Notes under the pieces: model-generated | Seen by the model: only the letters and a program-made list of their open reading frames with translations | The model's database searches: none | Told to the model about the DNA's origin: nothing | Shown: piece after piece, positions 50,172 through 59,784 of the stretch | Layout: every line of letters begins with the position of its first letter | Numbering within the stretch: position 1 is the stretch's first letter | Assembly: GCA_965140445.1 (NCBI GenBank) | Contig: OZ223236.1 | Coordinates: 4,672,001-4,736,000, forward strand | Length of the DNA stretch: 64,000 nucleotides | Source of the DNA: Candidatus Ozemobacteraceae bacterium | GTDB taxonomy: Bacteria; Muiribacteriota; Ozemobacteria; Ozemobacterales; Ozemobacteraceae | Direction of reading: 5' to 3' | Made by a program: the position numbers and the translations under genes

Positions 50172-50942
50172 CTACTTTGCCATATTCCTCTTTGAAAATT
50201 CATCGGCAGAAAGAGGAAGATCATATTTAATTTTAGCTGTCTTCAGAACTGTGCTGGTATTCTTGCTCAAATCTTGCATGGTTACCTGTTTGGGAGTCCA
50301 GATATCCTGAATTTTCTCAAGGTCGGTAGCATTCATTACCTTAATTAGTTTTGTTGGATCTTTTTTGTCATACATTTCAGTTTTCAGAGCAACAAATTTA
50401 TCTTTTGAAACGGTCATAACTACTCTTGAATAAGAGGTGTTGTCATCCTTTTTCTTTGCTTCAAACTGGTATACATCTTCGCCGTTAAGCTTGGTTTCTT
50501 TCAGGTTGCTACAGTTATATTCATCTGCGTGCAGATCTTCCATGTCTTCATAGGTAAAATCACTGGAAACAAAGGCCAAACCATAATCTTCGGCCACAAT
50601 TTTTCGAATTTTCTTGAAAGCCGGAAGATAAATCCACTTCTGCTTTTGGCGATTGGCTTCATTCACCAGATAAGTGGTATTCCTGATATCAGTTGGTGCA
50701 GCAAAATGAATGAAATTATCCTTGTTATTGTTGTCTTTTTTCTGGCGTGAAATAGTCATTTTTCTTTCACGTTCTTTGCCATTTTTATCAACAAGTATCA
50801 TTAAAACATTGGCTTTAGAGGTTTTACCAACGTAACGATCTTCAACCTTTTGCAATATATCCTGAGCCGTTATAGCCATTGCTCCACTAGAACACAAAGC
50901 AAATGCCATAAACATAATTAAAGTGATTAATCTGAATTTCAT
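50172..50942 (-). CDS. LolA-like outer-membrane lipoprotein-sorting protein
   Basis: Signal peptide; F.AP.DIRNT.YL, WIYLPAFKKIRKI, FVSSDFTYED. Confidence 0.85.
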   Translation of the reverse strand: MKFRLITLIMFMAFALCSSGAMAITAQDILQKVEDRYVGKTSKANVLMILVDKNGKERERKMTISRQKKDNNNKDNFIHFAAPTDIRNTTYLVNEANRQKQKWIYLPAFKKIRKIVAEDYGLAFVSSDFTYEDMEDLHADEYNCSNLKETKLNGEDVYQFEAKKKDDNTSYSRVVMTVSKDKFVALKTEMYDKKDPTKLIKVMNATDLEKIQDIWTPKQVTMQDLSKNTSTVLKTAKIKYDLPLSADEFSKRNMAK

Positions 50943-51011
50943 AGCGCCTCCAGAAATGTTATCTACTTATATTCTACCCTGAATACACATCATTCACAAC
51001 ATAGGCAGAAT

Positions 51012-51040
51012 TTGAAGTTTTACCAGAAGTCAGCTAGAAT
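51012..51040 (+). promoter_or_regulatory. sigma70-type promoter
   Basis: TTGAAG, 17-bp spacer, TAGAAT. Confidence 0.5.
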
Positions 51041-51074
51041 AGTCTAAATCACGGGTTTTCTTTCTGGAGATGAA

Positions 51075-51923
51075 ATGAGTATCAGACAAATAGTCGCTTC
51101 AGCAATTTTTACTTTACTGGCTCTTACTGCCTCTGCTCAAACGAAAATACCTGAAAAGGCTTTTATAAATAACTGTCTCAAGGCAACAAAAAAAATCTTT
51201 GAACTCCAGAAAAAAATACAGGACCTCCACCCATTACTAAAAAAGGTTTACCAAATAGCCGTAGTTGAAAATAACCAGATGTATATGTTCAACTTTGATC
51301 AGCAGTCCGGTGCTTATAAATTCTCTAAAAAGCAAGAGACTCCCTTCCCTATGCCGGCTGGTTTAAAGGCTTCATTCCCGGTAAATAATGTTCCAACCTG
51401 TGTTGTGTCTAAAGACATTTTTGATTCTCTGGAAGGATATGTGATAATTTTTCATGAATTCATGCATTGCGCCCAGATGGAAATCTGTGAGAACAGCTTA
51501 AAAGAAACACTGGAAATTGCTAAAATTCCTTATGAAAAAAAAGATTTTTCGTGGGAACTCAATCACCCGTTCCCTTATAATAATGCGGAATTCAATAAAC
51601 ATTACCCAAAGCTTATGCATGCTCTGGATGCTAATGAAGAAAGTCATGTTGTCCAGGCCAAAACAGGTTTAAAAAACTGTCTGAATCAAATTGATTTTCA
51701 GTATATGAACTGGCAGGAATGGAAGGAGGGCTTCGCTCGTTTCATTGAAAACAAGATTCGTCACAGACTAAAACTTAAAACAAAGGAAACTTTGCCCCCA
51801 CCACCCCTTAACCGAGGAGCTTTTTACATTGGTGGTGCAAAAACTATCGAATATCTTTCCAGACAGGATCCCGCAATAATTTTGGACCTTCAAGCTCTAT
51901 TCTTAAAAATCAGAAGTTTATAG
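51075..51923 (+). CDS. Exported putative zinc metallopeptidase (gluzincin-like)
   Basis: Signal peptide; HEFMH and downstream EGFA. Confidence 0.65.
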   Translation: MSIRQIVASAIFTLLALTASAQTKIPEKAFINNCLKATKKIFELQKKIQDLHPLLKKVYQIAVVENNQMYMFNFDQQSGAYKFSKKQETPFPMPAGLKASFPVNNVPTCVVSKDIFDSLEGYVIIFHEFMHCAQMEICENSLKETLEIAKIPYEKKDFSWELNHPFPYNNAEFNKHYPKLMHALDANEESHVVQAKTGLKNCLNQIDFQYMNWQEWKEGFARFIENKIRHRLKLKTKETLPPPPLNRGAFYIGGAKTIEYLSRQDPAIILDLQALFLKIRSL

Positions 51924-52138
51924 AATCTTCAAAATAACTGTTTTTTTTTGTGAATTTCCCCCGACCCCCTATATCAATATGTTAGAATTCCTTTATCCTC
52001 GACGCTTCGCTCCGAAAACCAACCCAATGATTCTCAGAACGGGTGCCCCGGATGGATTAAAATACGCATTTACAGAATTCGGGAAAAAATTCCCACCAGA
52101 CATTGATTAAGTATTAGATAGAGTCCAAGGAGCAAGGA

Positions 52139-53164
52139 ATGAAAAAAGCCAGATTATTAACTATTTTACTATTTTTTGTTATCACAGCATCACTGGTTTC
52201 AGCTGTAGATAGAGATTGGGAAAAATACCCCGCCTACATAGAAATCACCGGAGCAAAACGCGTTTGTTCATTTGGTGATGTTCACGGCGCATTTGATCAA
52301 TTAGCAGGAACCCTCGAAGCATTAAAGGTAGCGACCAGAGATTCCAAAGATAGTTTTAAATTCACATGGACCGGACAGGATACAATTCTTGTATCAACTG
52401 GCGATATGAATGACCGCGGATTATATAGTAAGCAGGTTTATGACGCTGTTATGGATTTACAGATTCAAGCTGAAAAAGCCGGTGGAAAATTTATTGTTAC
52501 TCTCGGAAATCATGAAGTAATGTTGGTAAATGGCCGAGTGCAGCAGCTTGCAAACTCTGGCGGAGCTAGAAAAAAGAATTACCAGAATACGATCGACTCA
52601 TTCACCCGCGATGGCCTTAATTTTCGTGATGCCATTTCTGAAAAGGGTGTTTATGGAAAATGGATTAGAAATCGTCCATTATTTGCTATTGTAAATGGTT
52701 TTATGTATGTTCACGGCGGTCTGGCTTCCAAACCAATCACAAGGTCTGCCCTTGCCGCAGACTATAAAGATGATGTAACCAGAGGCGATTATAAAAAAGG
52801 CGTTATGATGAACTATCAAAGCGTTTTATGGCTGCGTGGCTGGTGGAAAAACAGCTCAACCGTAACAGCAAATCTAAAAGCTCTTGGAGTTCTGGGAGTG
52901 ATTTTTGGGCATACCACTGCAGCAATGGGTCCGAAAGGAAAAATTATTGCCAAAGACAAGCGCCTCATAGCAATGGATATTGGAATGACTCCTGTATACG
53001 GTTATAGCAACGGTGGTGGAGTAATAATGACCACCACTTCTGACAACAAACTCCTTTTCAGAGCTGCTTATCCCGATTCTCCAGAAGAAATTCTTTTCAG
53101 TATCCCAATCCCTGCTTCCGCATATTCCAGAACTAATGACTTGCAGGCTATTCAATCAAGATAG
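52139..53164 (+). CDS. Exported calcineurin-like metallophosphoesterase (Shewanella-like phosphatase type)
   Basis: GDVHG, GDMNDRG, GNHE, HGG, IFGHT, MDIG; signal peptide. Confidence 0.88.
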   Translation: MKKARLLTILLFFVITASLVSAVDRDWEKYPAYIEITGAKRVCSFGDVHGAFDQLAGTLEALKVATRDSKDSFKFTWTGQDTILVSTGDMNDRGLYSKQVYDAVMDLQIQAEKAGGKFIVTLGNHEVMLVNGRVQQLANSGGARKKNYQNTIDSFTRDGLNFRDAISEKGVYGKWIRNRPLFAIVNGFMYVHGGLASKPITRSALAADYKDDVTRGDYKKGVMMNYQSVLWLRGWWKNSSTVTANLKALGVLGVIFGHTTAAMGPKGKIIAKDKRLIAMDIGMTPVYGYSNGGGVIMTTTSDNKLLFRAAYPDSPEEILFSIPIPASAYSRTNDLQAIQSR

Positions 53165-53182
53165 ACTTTTAACAGATTCTCC

Positions 53183-53216
53183 AAAGCGTTGAGCTAAGTT
53201 TAGCTCAACGCTTTTT
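53183..53216 (+). terminator. Rho-independent terminator
   Basis: aaagcgttgagcta..tagctcaacgcttttt. Confidence 0.85.
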
Positions 53217-53304
53217 CATTTTAGACGTATTGCTTGAGCAACTGATTTTCTTTTGAGGGATTTGAGGATACAATGGAAACTCAGATTGTTAGTAGGAGCC
53301 AGAA

Positions 53305-53862
53305 ATGATAAAAAGCTTTGTATTTCCACCACAGCCTTTGAGTAAAAAGGTTATTCTGGCATATTTCGATTTACGTAAGTTTTCTCAGATTGAGAATTCC
53401 ATGGATGCCAAAGGTATTTACCAGATACTCAACAAAATGCATGAACTGATTTCCGAAAGAGTTGAAGAACTAGGTGGAACATGCGTAAGATTCATTGGCG
53501 ACAATTGTCTGGTTGTCTTTGATGCGGCCAATTTCGATACTATTTTTTCTGGGATAGGTAAAATAAAGAAAGAAGTGGATCAGCTATTTTCAGAATTGGG
53601 TAAAACCAGTGTAATCCATGTATTACTGCATTGCGCAGATGGCAATATCGGAATGCTCGGCGGAAAACGCAATAAACGACTTGATGTGAGCGGAAAAGTT
53701 CTGAATGAGTTGGGCTACTACATGATGAAAATTGATACCAGCGGAAATCCTACCCTGTTCAACTCTTATTGCCTCTCATCCGATTATTTTAAACAGCTGA
53801 ATGAAAAGCAGAATCTGGTTGAAGTTCAGGCCCAGGACTGTTTTTTCTACATGGTAAAGTAG
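53305..53862 (+). CDS. Stand-alone class III nucleotide cyclase-like domain
   Basis: YFDLRKFS and RFIGD carry the two metal-binding Asp; DVSGKVLNE. Confidence 0.7.
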   Translation: MIKSFVFPPQPLSKKVILAYFDLRKFSQIENSMDAKGIYQILNKMHELISERVEELGGTCVRFIGDNCLVVFDAANFDTIFSGIGKIKKEVDQLFSELGKTSVIHVLLHCADGNIGMLGGKRNKRLDVSGKVLNELGYYMMKIDTSGNPTLFNSYCLSSDYFKQLNEKQNLVEVQAQDCFFYMVK

Positions 53863-54096
53863 CGGGATTCCCTTTAATAATAAAGGTATAAATTATCTAA
53901 GTCTGGCAGCAAAATTGTAGTTTCAATTGAAAAAAAGATTTCAAGATGAATTGAAACCCTCTATAATTAAAGAGTTGTCAATATTTCTAAAACACAGTAT
54001 GCGATTAGAAAACTCTGCATACATTTTACCAGTTGCAAAATTGTAAATAACTAAGCCTTAGACAAATTGTTATTATTAGGATCGGAATAAAAGAGA

Positions 54097-56025
54097 ATGC
54101 AAAATGACATTAGTTTTGAATCTGAGAATTTTTCAGGGAATTGGGTATTTTTCAAAGGGACTTTAATATTCACCATAATACTAAGCTTTTTCAGTTTAGC
54201 ATCAGGGTTGGGGTTAGCTTCTGGAGTATTGCCAGATAACTCGTTTAAAATTCCCGGAATAATATTAATTACCGGGGCTGTAGTTTTAACCTTCTTCCTG
54301 AATCGAATAAAACAAAATTCCTTTCCATTAGCTCCATGTCTGGCTTATATTCTGGGCGTTATTTTTGCTTTTCCAGTCATGATTATAAATGTCTTATTTC
54401 AACGACAAACAGCTACAGGAGCGCTATTTCAAAACTATCTTATTTTTTACAGCCTTTTTGTAATCTATTTGAATTTGAAAGCTAAGTTTTTCTTTCAAAA
54501 AAATTACAATCAGGGCTCAGGTTTTGAGAAAAAAATAGGTGGAAATCTGGCAATATGGATCTCCTGGTTAGCTTTTGCTGTTTTTATTTCCAGTTTTTTC
54601 ACTACCGATTTACTCGTTTTAAATACATCCAACGAAAAGGCCATAAACCTGGTATACAACCTCTTGTCTATCATTCGAATAGCATTGCCGGTTGTGTTTG
54701 TTCTTACGTTAATCGGCTTAATTAAAAAGTTGAAATCTTTAATACTTCTAGCCAATCTAATCAACATCTGTTCTACAGGATATGTTGTTTCTGAAATTTG
54801 GAAAACAACTCCAGGAAGCTCTTTACTAGACTTTGCCGGTCCATCATTGATAGTTAATTGGATTGTTGTAGGAGTGTTTTTTTTATGCCTCATTCCCGAT
54901 TGGAAAACTGAAGAAAAATCCCTGTCAGAACCCCATAATAATCAGGAACAGCCACCAAAGAATTTTTCTTTTACATGGTTTGAGCCAGGGCTGACTTTTG
55001 TTTTAATAATTACTGCCAGCTTAACCGTTAATCCTTTAATTTCTAAGCATGACAGGCTATTACAATCAATTGACAATCATGATTTTGCACAAGTTAGAAA
55101 ATTAATATCTTCCATCCCAAAACAGCAATATCAAGCCGTTTTTAATTCATTAATTAGAAATCCAGACCTTGAAAGTTTCAAAACATTAATGGATCAAAAG
55201 GATGCTCAAACCTTTAAAGTAGACGATGGCGGATACCTAAACCGTCTTTTTGGAGAAAGCGAGCTAAAAAGTTTAAAGTTTCTTATTGCCAGGGGCGTCG
55301 ACTTTTCTAATGTTGAGTTTGTTAGATCAGTAGCGTTCTCTCATGATCCCAGAGATTTAAGAGAGAAGTTTCCTCTACTGGAAATTCTTTTACAGGAAAG
55401 AAACAAACAGAATAAACAGATAAGTGAATTTTATGATCCTCAAACAAAGCCAGAATACTATTTCAAAAAGTTCTTAAATCCATTAGCAATTGCAATTAGT
55501 AAGGGAAATTTTGAAATTGCGAAATTTCTATGGAAAAAAGGGTTTAGAATAGATGACGAAGTTGTTGCCGCCTCAGCATATTTTGGCAAGGTAGAAATGA
55601 ATCCCCTGGCACCTCAACTTAAGCTCAGCAATGAGCATCAGATTCAACCCCCAATAAGCTTTATTCTTCTTGAAAGCAATTTGAATGATTTTGAATTGAG
55701 ATTCTTTTTAGATCTTGGAATAGACCTTAAAAGGGAAAACGATAAGGGCCAAAATTTGTTTCACGCTTTTGCCTTAAAAAGAGGTTTAGCTGGAAAAGAA
55801 GAGCTGCTTGAGCAAGCAAAAATAGATGGCGTGAATATTGATAAAAAAGATGAAAATGGAAACACGCCTCTCTGGGTAGCAGCTACAAATAATAATATTA
55901 AAACATCATCTGCTTTAATCAAACTAGGGGCAGATAAAACCATTAAAAATAAAAATGGCGAAAGCCTGATAGATTACTGCACCAAAAAAAAATTTGATAC
56001 ACTTTTAGCCTACCTGGAAGAGTGA
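54097..56025 (+). CDS. Multi-TM protein with C-terminal ankyrin repeats
   Basis: About 9 hydrophobic segments; NPLAIAISKGNFEIAKFL, GNTPLWVAA..LIKLGAD. Confidence 0.75.
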   Translation: MQNDISFESENFSGNWVFFKGTLIFTIILSFFSLASGLGLASGVLPDNSFKIPGIILITGAVVLTFFLNRIKQNSFPLAPCLAYILGVIFAFPVMIINVLFQRQTATGALFQNYLIFYSLFVIYLNLKAKFFFQKNYNQGSGFEKKIGGNLAIWISWLAFAVFISSFFTTDLLVLNTSNEKAINLVYNLLSIIRIALPVVFVLTLIGLIKKLKSLILLANLINICSTGYVVSEIWKTTPGSSLLDFAGPSLIVNWIVVGVFFLCLIPDWKTEEKSLSEPHNNQEQPPKNFSFTWFEPGLTFVLIITASLTVNPLISKHDRLLQSIDNHDFAQVRKLISSIPKQQYQAVFNSLIRNPDLESFKTLMDQKDAQTFKVDDGGYLNRLFGESELKSLKFLIARGVDFSNVEFVRSVAFSHDPRDLREKFPLLEILLQERNKQNKQISEFYDPQTKPEYYFKKFLNPLAIAISKGNFEIAKFLWKKGFRIDDEVVAASAYFGKVEMNPLAPQLKLSNEHQIQPPISFILLESNLNDFELRFFLDLGIDLKRENDKGQNLFHAFALKRGLAGKEELLEQAKIDGVNIDKKDENGNTPLWVAATNNNIKTSSALIKLGADKTIKNKNGESLIDYCTKKKFDTLLAYLEE

Positions 56026-56032
56026 GGGAAAA

Positions 56033-57004
56033 ATGAAGTTAACTTTTTGCTGGAAACTATTACTTGGACTAATGATATTTAGTCTACAAACTACATTTGT
56101 TATGGCCTATCCTTCTGTTAACCCTTCAGCGCTTTGCCGCAGCAATCAGTACACTTTAGGTGGCGCAATAGAAATGTATAACATGGATAGTAAATCGCCC
56201 ATAGATAGCCAATATGGAAAAATTAACTCCATAAAGATTGATGGAAAGATCTTAAAAAAGCTGCTCGAAGCAAACTATCTTAGAGATGTTTCAAGCATAG
56301 AAAAAAGCATAAAGGATTTTAATTGTGAATACTATTATATCCCCATAGAGGATAAAGACACCTCCATAATCATCTGCAAAAAACATGGAATCGCATCTAT
56401 TGGGAAAGAGGATTTTAAAGAACTATCTCCAAAAGAACAATTTGCCAAAGTATGTACAAAGTTCGGGCTTGATCCACAAAAATACAAATTAGATCTAAAG
56501 AATGAAGCCTTCTCTGGTATAAAAGGGCCAAAAGTCATCAAATTGTTAACCAATTTCTGGATGGTATTTCTTATTTTCCCGGTAGCGTATTTCTTCTACA
56601 TAAAAAACAACTTTGCAGAAATAAGCACTATGGCTAAAGCATATATATTTGGCAACTCAATCGTAGCAATGATTTTTATTCTTAGCATTCTTCACAATTT
56701 TTACAGAAATCCGTATTTTTTTGCTTTCTTACGTGATGAATCAACCTGGAGTTTTCCTAGCGGAGTTCTTCAGATAGCGACTATGATTGAAGTTTCATGC
56801 ATTGGCTGGTGGATAGCATCTCTTTTCGGATTATATTTGTTTAAAAGAAATAACCTCAGCTTACTTATTCCAATTTTAAATTTATTGATAATTCCAGTAT
56901 TAGTAATAGGTTCTGGCCCATTAGTTAGCCTTCTTAAGCTACTTCCTTTTTGGGGATTGTTTATGTTTTACACGATGACCAAACTGAAAGCAGAAAAGAA
57001 GTAA
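56033..57004 (+). CDS. Membrane protein with a pilin-like Cys/His extracytoplasmic domain
   Basis: Signal peptide; CRSNQ..GAIEMYNMD..YL..C..CKKHG; C-terminal TM bundle. Confidence 0.65.
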   Translation: MKLTFCWKLLLGLMIFSLQTTFVMAYPSVNPSALCRSNQYTLGGAIEMYNMDSKSPIDSQYGKINSIKIDGKILKKLLEANYLRDVSSIEKSIKDFNCEYYYIPIEDKDTSIIICKKHGIASIGKEDFKELSPKEQFAKVCTKFGLDPQKYKLDLKNEAFSGIKGPKVIKLLTNFWMVFLIFPVAYFFYIKNNFAEISTMAKAYIFGNSIVAMIFILSILHNFYRNPYFFAFLRDESTWSFPSGVLQIATMIEVSCIGWWIASLFGLYLFKRNNLSLLIPILNLLIIPVLVIGSGPLVSLLKLLPFWGLFMFYTMTKLKAEKK

Positions 57005-57071
57005 AAATTGTTTTCTCTTTTAGTAGACCTGCTTTATAAAAAATATTGAGAGTAATAAAAAATAAATTTTT

Positions 57072-57290
57072 GGAGAAACCCATGAAAACTATCAGCAAAA
57101 TTCCCAAGGAACCTCTCTTGATCCGGCAGCCTGGAATAACAACATAAAGCGCAACCAGTCAAATAACGGTAATGGCTACAATACTCAACCACAAGCTCCA
57201 GCTATGGACGACCCGGAGTCATGGAATAATAATATTGAAAAAATAGAGGCAACAATTCCTCATCTGCGTGGGAATAGTTTTCTCGAATGA
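57072..57290 (+). pseudogene. Startless or frameshifted ORF relic with a DPxxWNNNI repeat
   Basis: 73-codon frame containing DPAAWNNNIK and DPESWNNNIE; the SD+ATG at 57082 is in another frame. Confidence 0.45.
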
Positions 57291-57393
57291 AAAACTTTAT
57301 ATATCAGCTAAAAATGCAGCTTGTTGTTTTCCCATATTTAAACTAGGGTTAAACCTTGTAGAGTTAAAAAATCTTTTGCTAGAGGAATACAAC

Positions 57394-57786
57394 ATGGTAG
57401 TTTTTGATGAAGTTCGCATTATTGGAATCGACGAAAAGGCTTCGCAGAATAGCACAGCCAATGACGATTGCTTTGATATAAAACTAATCCTTGCCCCTTT
57501 TGCCAGCACAGATTGGGCCTGCTATTTTAACGAACGTTGGAAACAGCATCTGTACATAAAAAAAGCTGACGCCAGAGTCTCCGGAACCAGACTGTCAATC
57601 CGCTGCAGCCCAGAAGAATTAGAAATTAATCATCTGGTTGAATTAAAAAAAATAATTGCCGACGCAAACAGCCATTATCGCCATTATTTAGAGGGCAAAG
57701 AAGAAGTAGAACAACACAAAGTTGCCCGCGAACTAAGTAATCTGGAAAAAATTGCAGATCTCCAGAAACGGCTAAAATTCGATTAG
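57394..57786 (+). CDS. Hypothetical protein
   Basis: ORF 57268-57786; likely start ATG 57394 behind GAGG. Confidence 0.65.
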   Translation: MVVFDEVRIIGIDEKASQNSTANDDCFDIKLILAPFASTDWACYFNERWKQHLYIKKADARVSGTRLSIRCSPEELEINHLVELKKIIADANSHYRHYLEGKEEVEQHKVARELSNLEKIADLQKRLKFD

Positions 57787-57898
57787 CTGAACACCAAAAC
57801 CAATTAAACAAAGACCAGCCAATTCTCTTTATAAATTTGTATAAAGGGCTGTTTTGCTTTGCTAGGAAATTTCAAAATCGAAGTCTTGTTTTTTCACC

Positions 57899-58582
57899 TT
57901 ACAATTCAAAAAACAGGTCCAGATACGTTATAAGGTCACTAATAGCTTTTGCTACCTTAAATATTATTGTGTAATCTTTAATAATAAAAATTATCGCTAG
58001 AATAAAAAAATTACCAGAAACAGTTTTCCAATACGCAGTTCTAAAACTTTCTTTTTTTGATTTGTGACGGAGAAAACTCTGGGCAATCGCCGCCCCCGGC
58101 CAACCACCAATAAGTGAAAAAGAGTGCAGAGTAGATTCAGAAGTTCTTCGCCCTCCTGACTGAGCCAACCTTTTGTCCTGGGCATATAAGGCATAAGTTA
58201 AAGCGCTCATCAACAGATACACAAACAAAACTACAGCTGGAAGTTTATTCGCCAATGTAAACACAGTTACAATCCCAAGAAATAAACTGCTGATAAAAGT
58301 AGAAAATACCCTCTGCACATCAGCAATGCTTATTTCTTCATAGCTTAGCTCAGGTAATACATCAACAGCGCAAATGCGCCCTTTAGAATCCCTGGAAAGA
58401 TCGTAAAAAACAACCAATCCTTCTTCGGGCCGCTTATGCCTCCGACTAAAATCATTGACATGAAAAAACACGCGCCGCCCAGCTTTTTCAGGACTTATAA
58501 ACCCATACCCCTTCTCATCATCCCACGAAGTAATCTTCCCACTCAATGAACCCATATCTTCTATAACGCCAAAGCGCCCCAT
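57899..58582 (-). CDS. Cold-shock domain plus DUF1294 membrane protein
   Basis: WDDEKGYGFI, VFFHV; DKRLA..RRTSESTLH..GGWPGA..RHKSKK. Confidence 0.88.
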   Translation of the reverse strand: MGRFGVIEDMGSLSGKITSWDDEKGYGFISPEKAGRRVFFHVNDFSRRHKRPEEGLVVFYDLSRDSKGRICAVDVLPELSYEEISIADVQRVFSTFISSLFLGIVTVFTLANKLPAVVLFVYLLMSALTYALYAQDKRLAQSGGRRTSESTLHSFSLIGGWPGAAIAQSFLRHKSKKESFRTAYWKTVSGNFFILAIIFIIKDYTIIFKVAKAISDLITYLDLFFEL

Positions 58583-58667
58583 CCTTTCAAAACAATCCCT
58601 CAGATTCTATCTTATTTTTAATTACGGGGACACCATACTTAATTGTTGCGAATTCATCATTGTAAAC

Positions 58668-59504
58668 CTACTTCTTAGCCTTCAAATAAAGGGTTGTTGT
58701 ATCAGAATTGGCCTGTTTTCTTTCCTGAATTTCAAAAATGTCATTGCGGGCTTTTATCAGGTCGCTTAGTTTTTTGTAGCCGTAGAGCCTTGAATCAAAT
58801 TCAGGGCGCAATTTGATTAGATAGCTGCCAAAGGTTCCAATCTGAGCCCATCCGTTGTCGTCTTCTGATTGCTCCAGTGCCTTTAAAATAAATTTTACGG
58901 GCAATCTGGCGATGCCTTTGTTCTCGTTCTTTTTGTTATCATGCTCATCTTTCATTGCACCAGATTGATTTTTTTTCTTTTCCTCAATGTTTTCACTATT
59001 TTGGACAAGAATTTCTGGCTCAATATTTTCGATATTGGGAACAAGAATTTCTGTTTCAATGAATTTATGGCATGCATTTTTAAATGACTCGGGCGTATTT
59101 TTGCGCCCAAGGCCATACACCAATAAACCCTCTTCTCTAATCCTTGTGGCAATTCCGGTGAAATCACTATCGCTGGAAATAAGACAGAACCCGTCAAAAC
59201 GTCTTGTGTACAATAGATCCATTGCATCGATTATTAGAGTGCTGTCAGTAGCATTTTTCCCTGTGGTGTATGCAAATTGCTGCATAGGCTTTATTGCAAA
59301 CTTGTTAAGTATAGCTCTCCACTGTGAACTTTGAGGTGAAGTAAAATCGCCGTAAATCCTTTTTACCGTTGCTTCACCATATTTCGCAATTTCCTGAAGT
59401 AAATATTCAAAAATAGATGGTTGAGCATTGTCCGCATCAATTAATACAGCCAGCTTAGCAGTAGATTCTTCTGACTCAAATTTTGCAACAAACTTTGGTC
59501 TCAT
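58668..59504 (-). CDS. NYN domain (PIN-like) protein with OST-HTH/LOTUS C-terminus
   Basis: LIDADN, KRIYGD, GKNATD, SSDSDF; FDSRLYGYKKLSDL. Confidence 0.9.
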   Translation of the reverse strand: MRPKFVAKFESEESTAKLAVLIDADNAQPSIFEYLLQEIAKYGEATVKRIYGDFTSPQSSQWRAILNKFAIKPMQQFAYTTGKNATDSTLIIDAMDLLYTRRFDGFCLISSDSDFTGIATRIREEGLLVYGLGRKNTPESFKNACHKFIETEILVPNIENIEPEILVQNSENIEEKKKNQSGAMKDEHDNKKNENKGIARLPVKFILKALEQSEDDNGWAQIGTFGSYLIKLRPEFDSRLYGYKKLSDLIKARNDIFEIQERKQANSDTTTLYLKAKK

Positions 59505-59784
59505 AATAGATCCTCTCTTCTTTTTATTTTGCTAGATACTAACAATATTGAGTGCAAAACAGCAACATGAAAAGTTTTTACAGAATATGCGCTAACTGTG
59601 TTTCACGCTTTGAATTAAAGAGGAACCAGAGTAAATGGCCATAAATAAAGCCTAGTTGGGCAGGAATTAAGTAACCAGCTGCGGCCTATCTGTTGTGAAT
59701 TAAGTGATTGCAGTTCAGGCGTTAAAAAAAGTAGTATCAAAGAAATGCTATAGGGCATAATTTTTTCACTGGAGATTTTTGGCC

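Noticed and set aside
53920..53957. GTTTCAATT..AATTGAAAC 38-mer resembling a CRISPR repeat
   Set aside because: Single copy, no spacers and no cas genes; more likely an inverted repeat or operator beside a TATAAT
59590..59730. Possible attC site in the divergent intergenic region
   Set aside because: No matching R''/R' pair or long stem, and no integrase
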